Shown here: in pieces, positions 63,842-64,000 of the stretch | Numbering within the stretch: position 1 is the first letter of the stretch | Layout: every line of letters begins with the position of its first letter | Notes under the pieces: generated by a model | Database searches by the model: none | What the model saw: only the letters and a program-made list of their open reading frames with translations | What the model was told of the DNA's origin: nothing | Source: Leucoraja erinacea | Lineage: Eukaryota | DNA: 64,000 nucleotides | Direction of reading: 5' to 3' | NCBI RefSeq assembly: GCF_028641065.1 | Contig: NC_073394.1 | Location: 16,616,001-16,680,000, forward strand | Made by a program: the position numbers and the translations under genes

Positions 63842-64000
63842 ATAATAATAATAATAATACATTTTATTTAATGGGCGCCTTTCAGACATCTCAAGGACAC
63901 CTTACATAGATTAATAGGAATAAAAACATATAATCAGAATAAAATAAGTAATAAAGACATCACAGAGACACAAATTAAAAACAGAATTCAATCCAAAAAC
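63842..64000 (-). mobile_element. L2-type LINE 3' tail, cut by window edge
   Basis: Minus strand tgaaaggcgcccattaataaaatgta(TTA)n. Confidence 0.6.

Noticed and set aside
49658-64000. Further ABTB2 exons
   Set aside because: No VLSLPAYF-like continuation seen; ORFs here are repeat-derived or random, consistent with a long intron

Overview
Vertebrate nuclear DNA, most likely a cartilaginous fish (skate/ray type), inferred from HE1/V-SINE-like tRNA SINEs, abundant CR1, Rex1/Babar and Penelope fragments. Four genes can be built by hand from splice sites. (1) PTPMT1, minus strand, exons 1-3; the last exon was not found in the window. (2) A complete SPSB3-like SPRY-SOCS-box gene, minus strand, 4 coding exons, about 231 aa. 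(3) An intronless, highly divergent SLC26/SulP gene, minus strand, about 778 aa, in which the canonical anion-site residues are replaced. (4) The first two coding exons of ABTB2, plus strand, behind a CpG island. The most notable non-genic signals are: many ~90-130 nt Penelope-derived units that start at a minimal hammerhead-ribozyme core and have their own target-site duplications (TSDs); two Helitron-like elements with hairpin+CTAG ends, one carrying a 36-bp minisatellite and duplicated promoter motifs; a young GC-rich non-autonomous retroposon; and several local duplications. No database searches were run. Family names come from recognised motifs and remembered reference sequences, and repeat boundaries are approximate.
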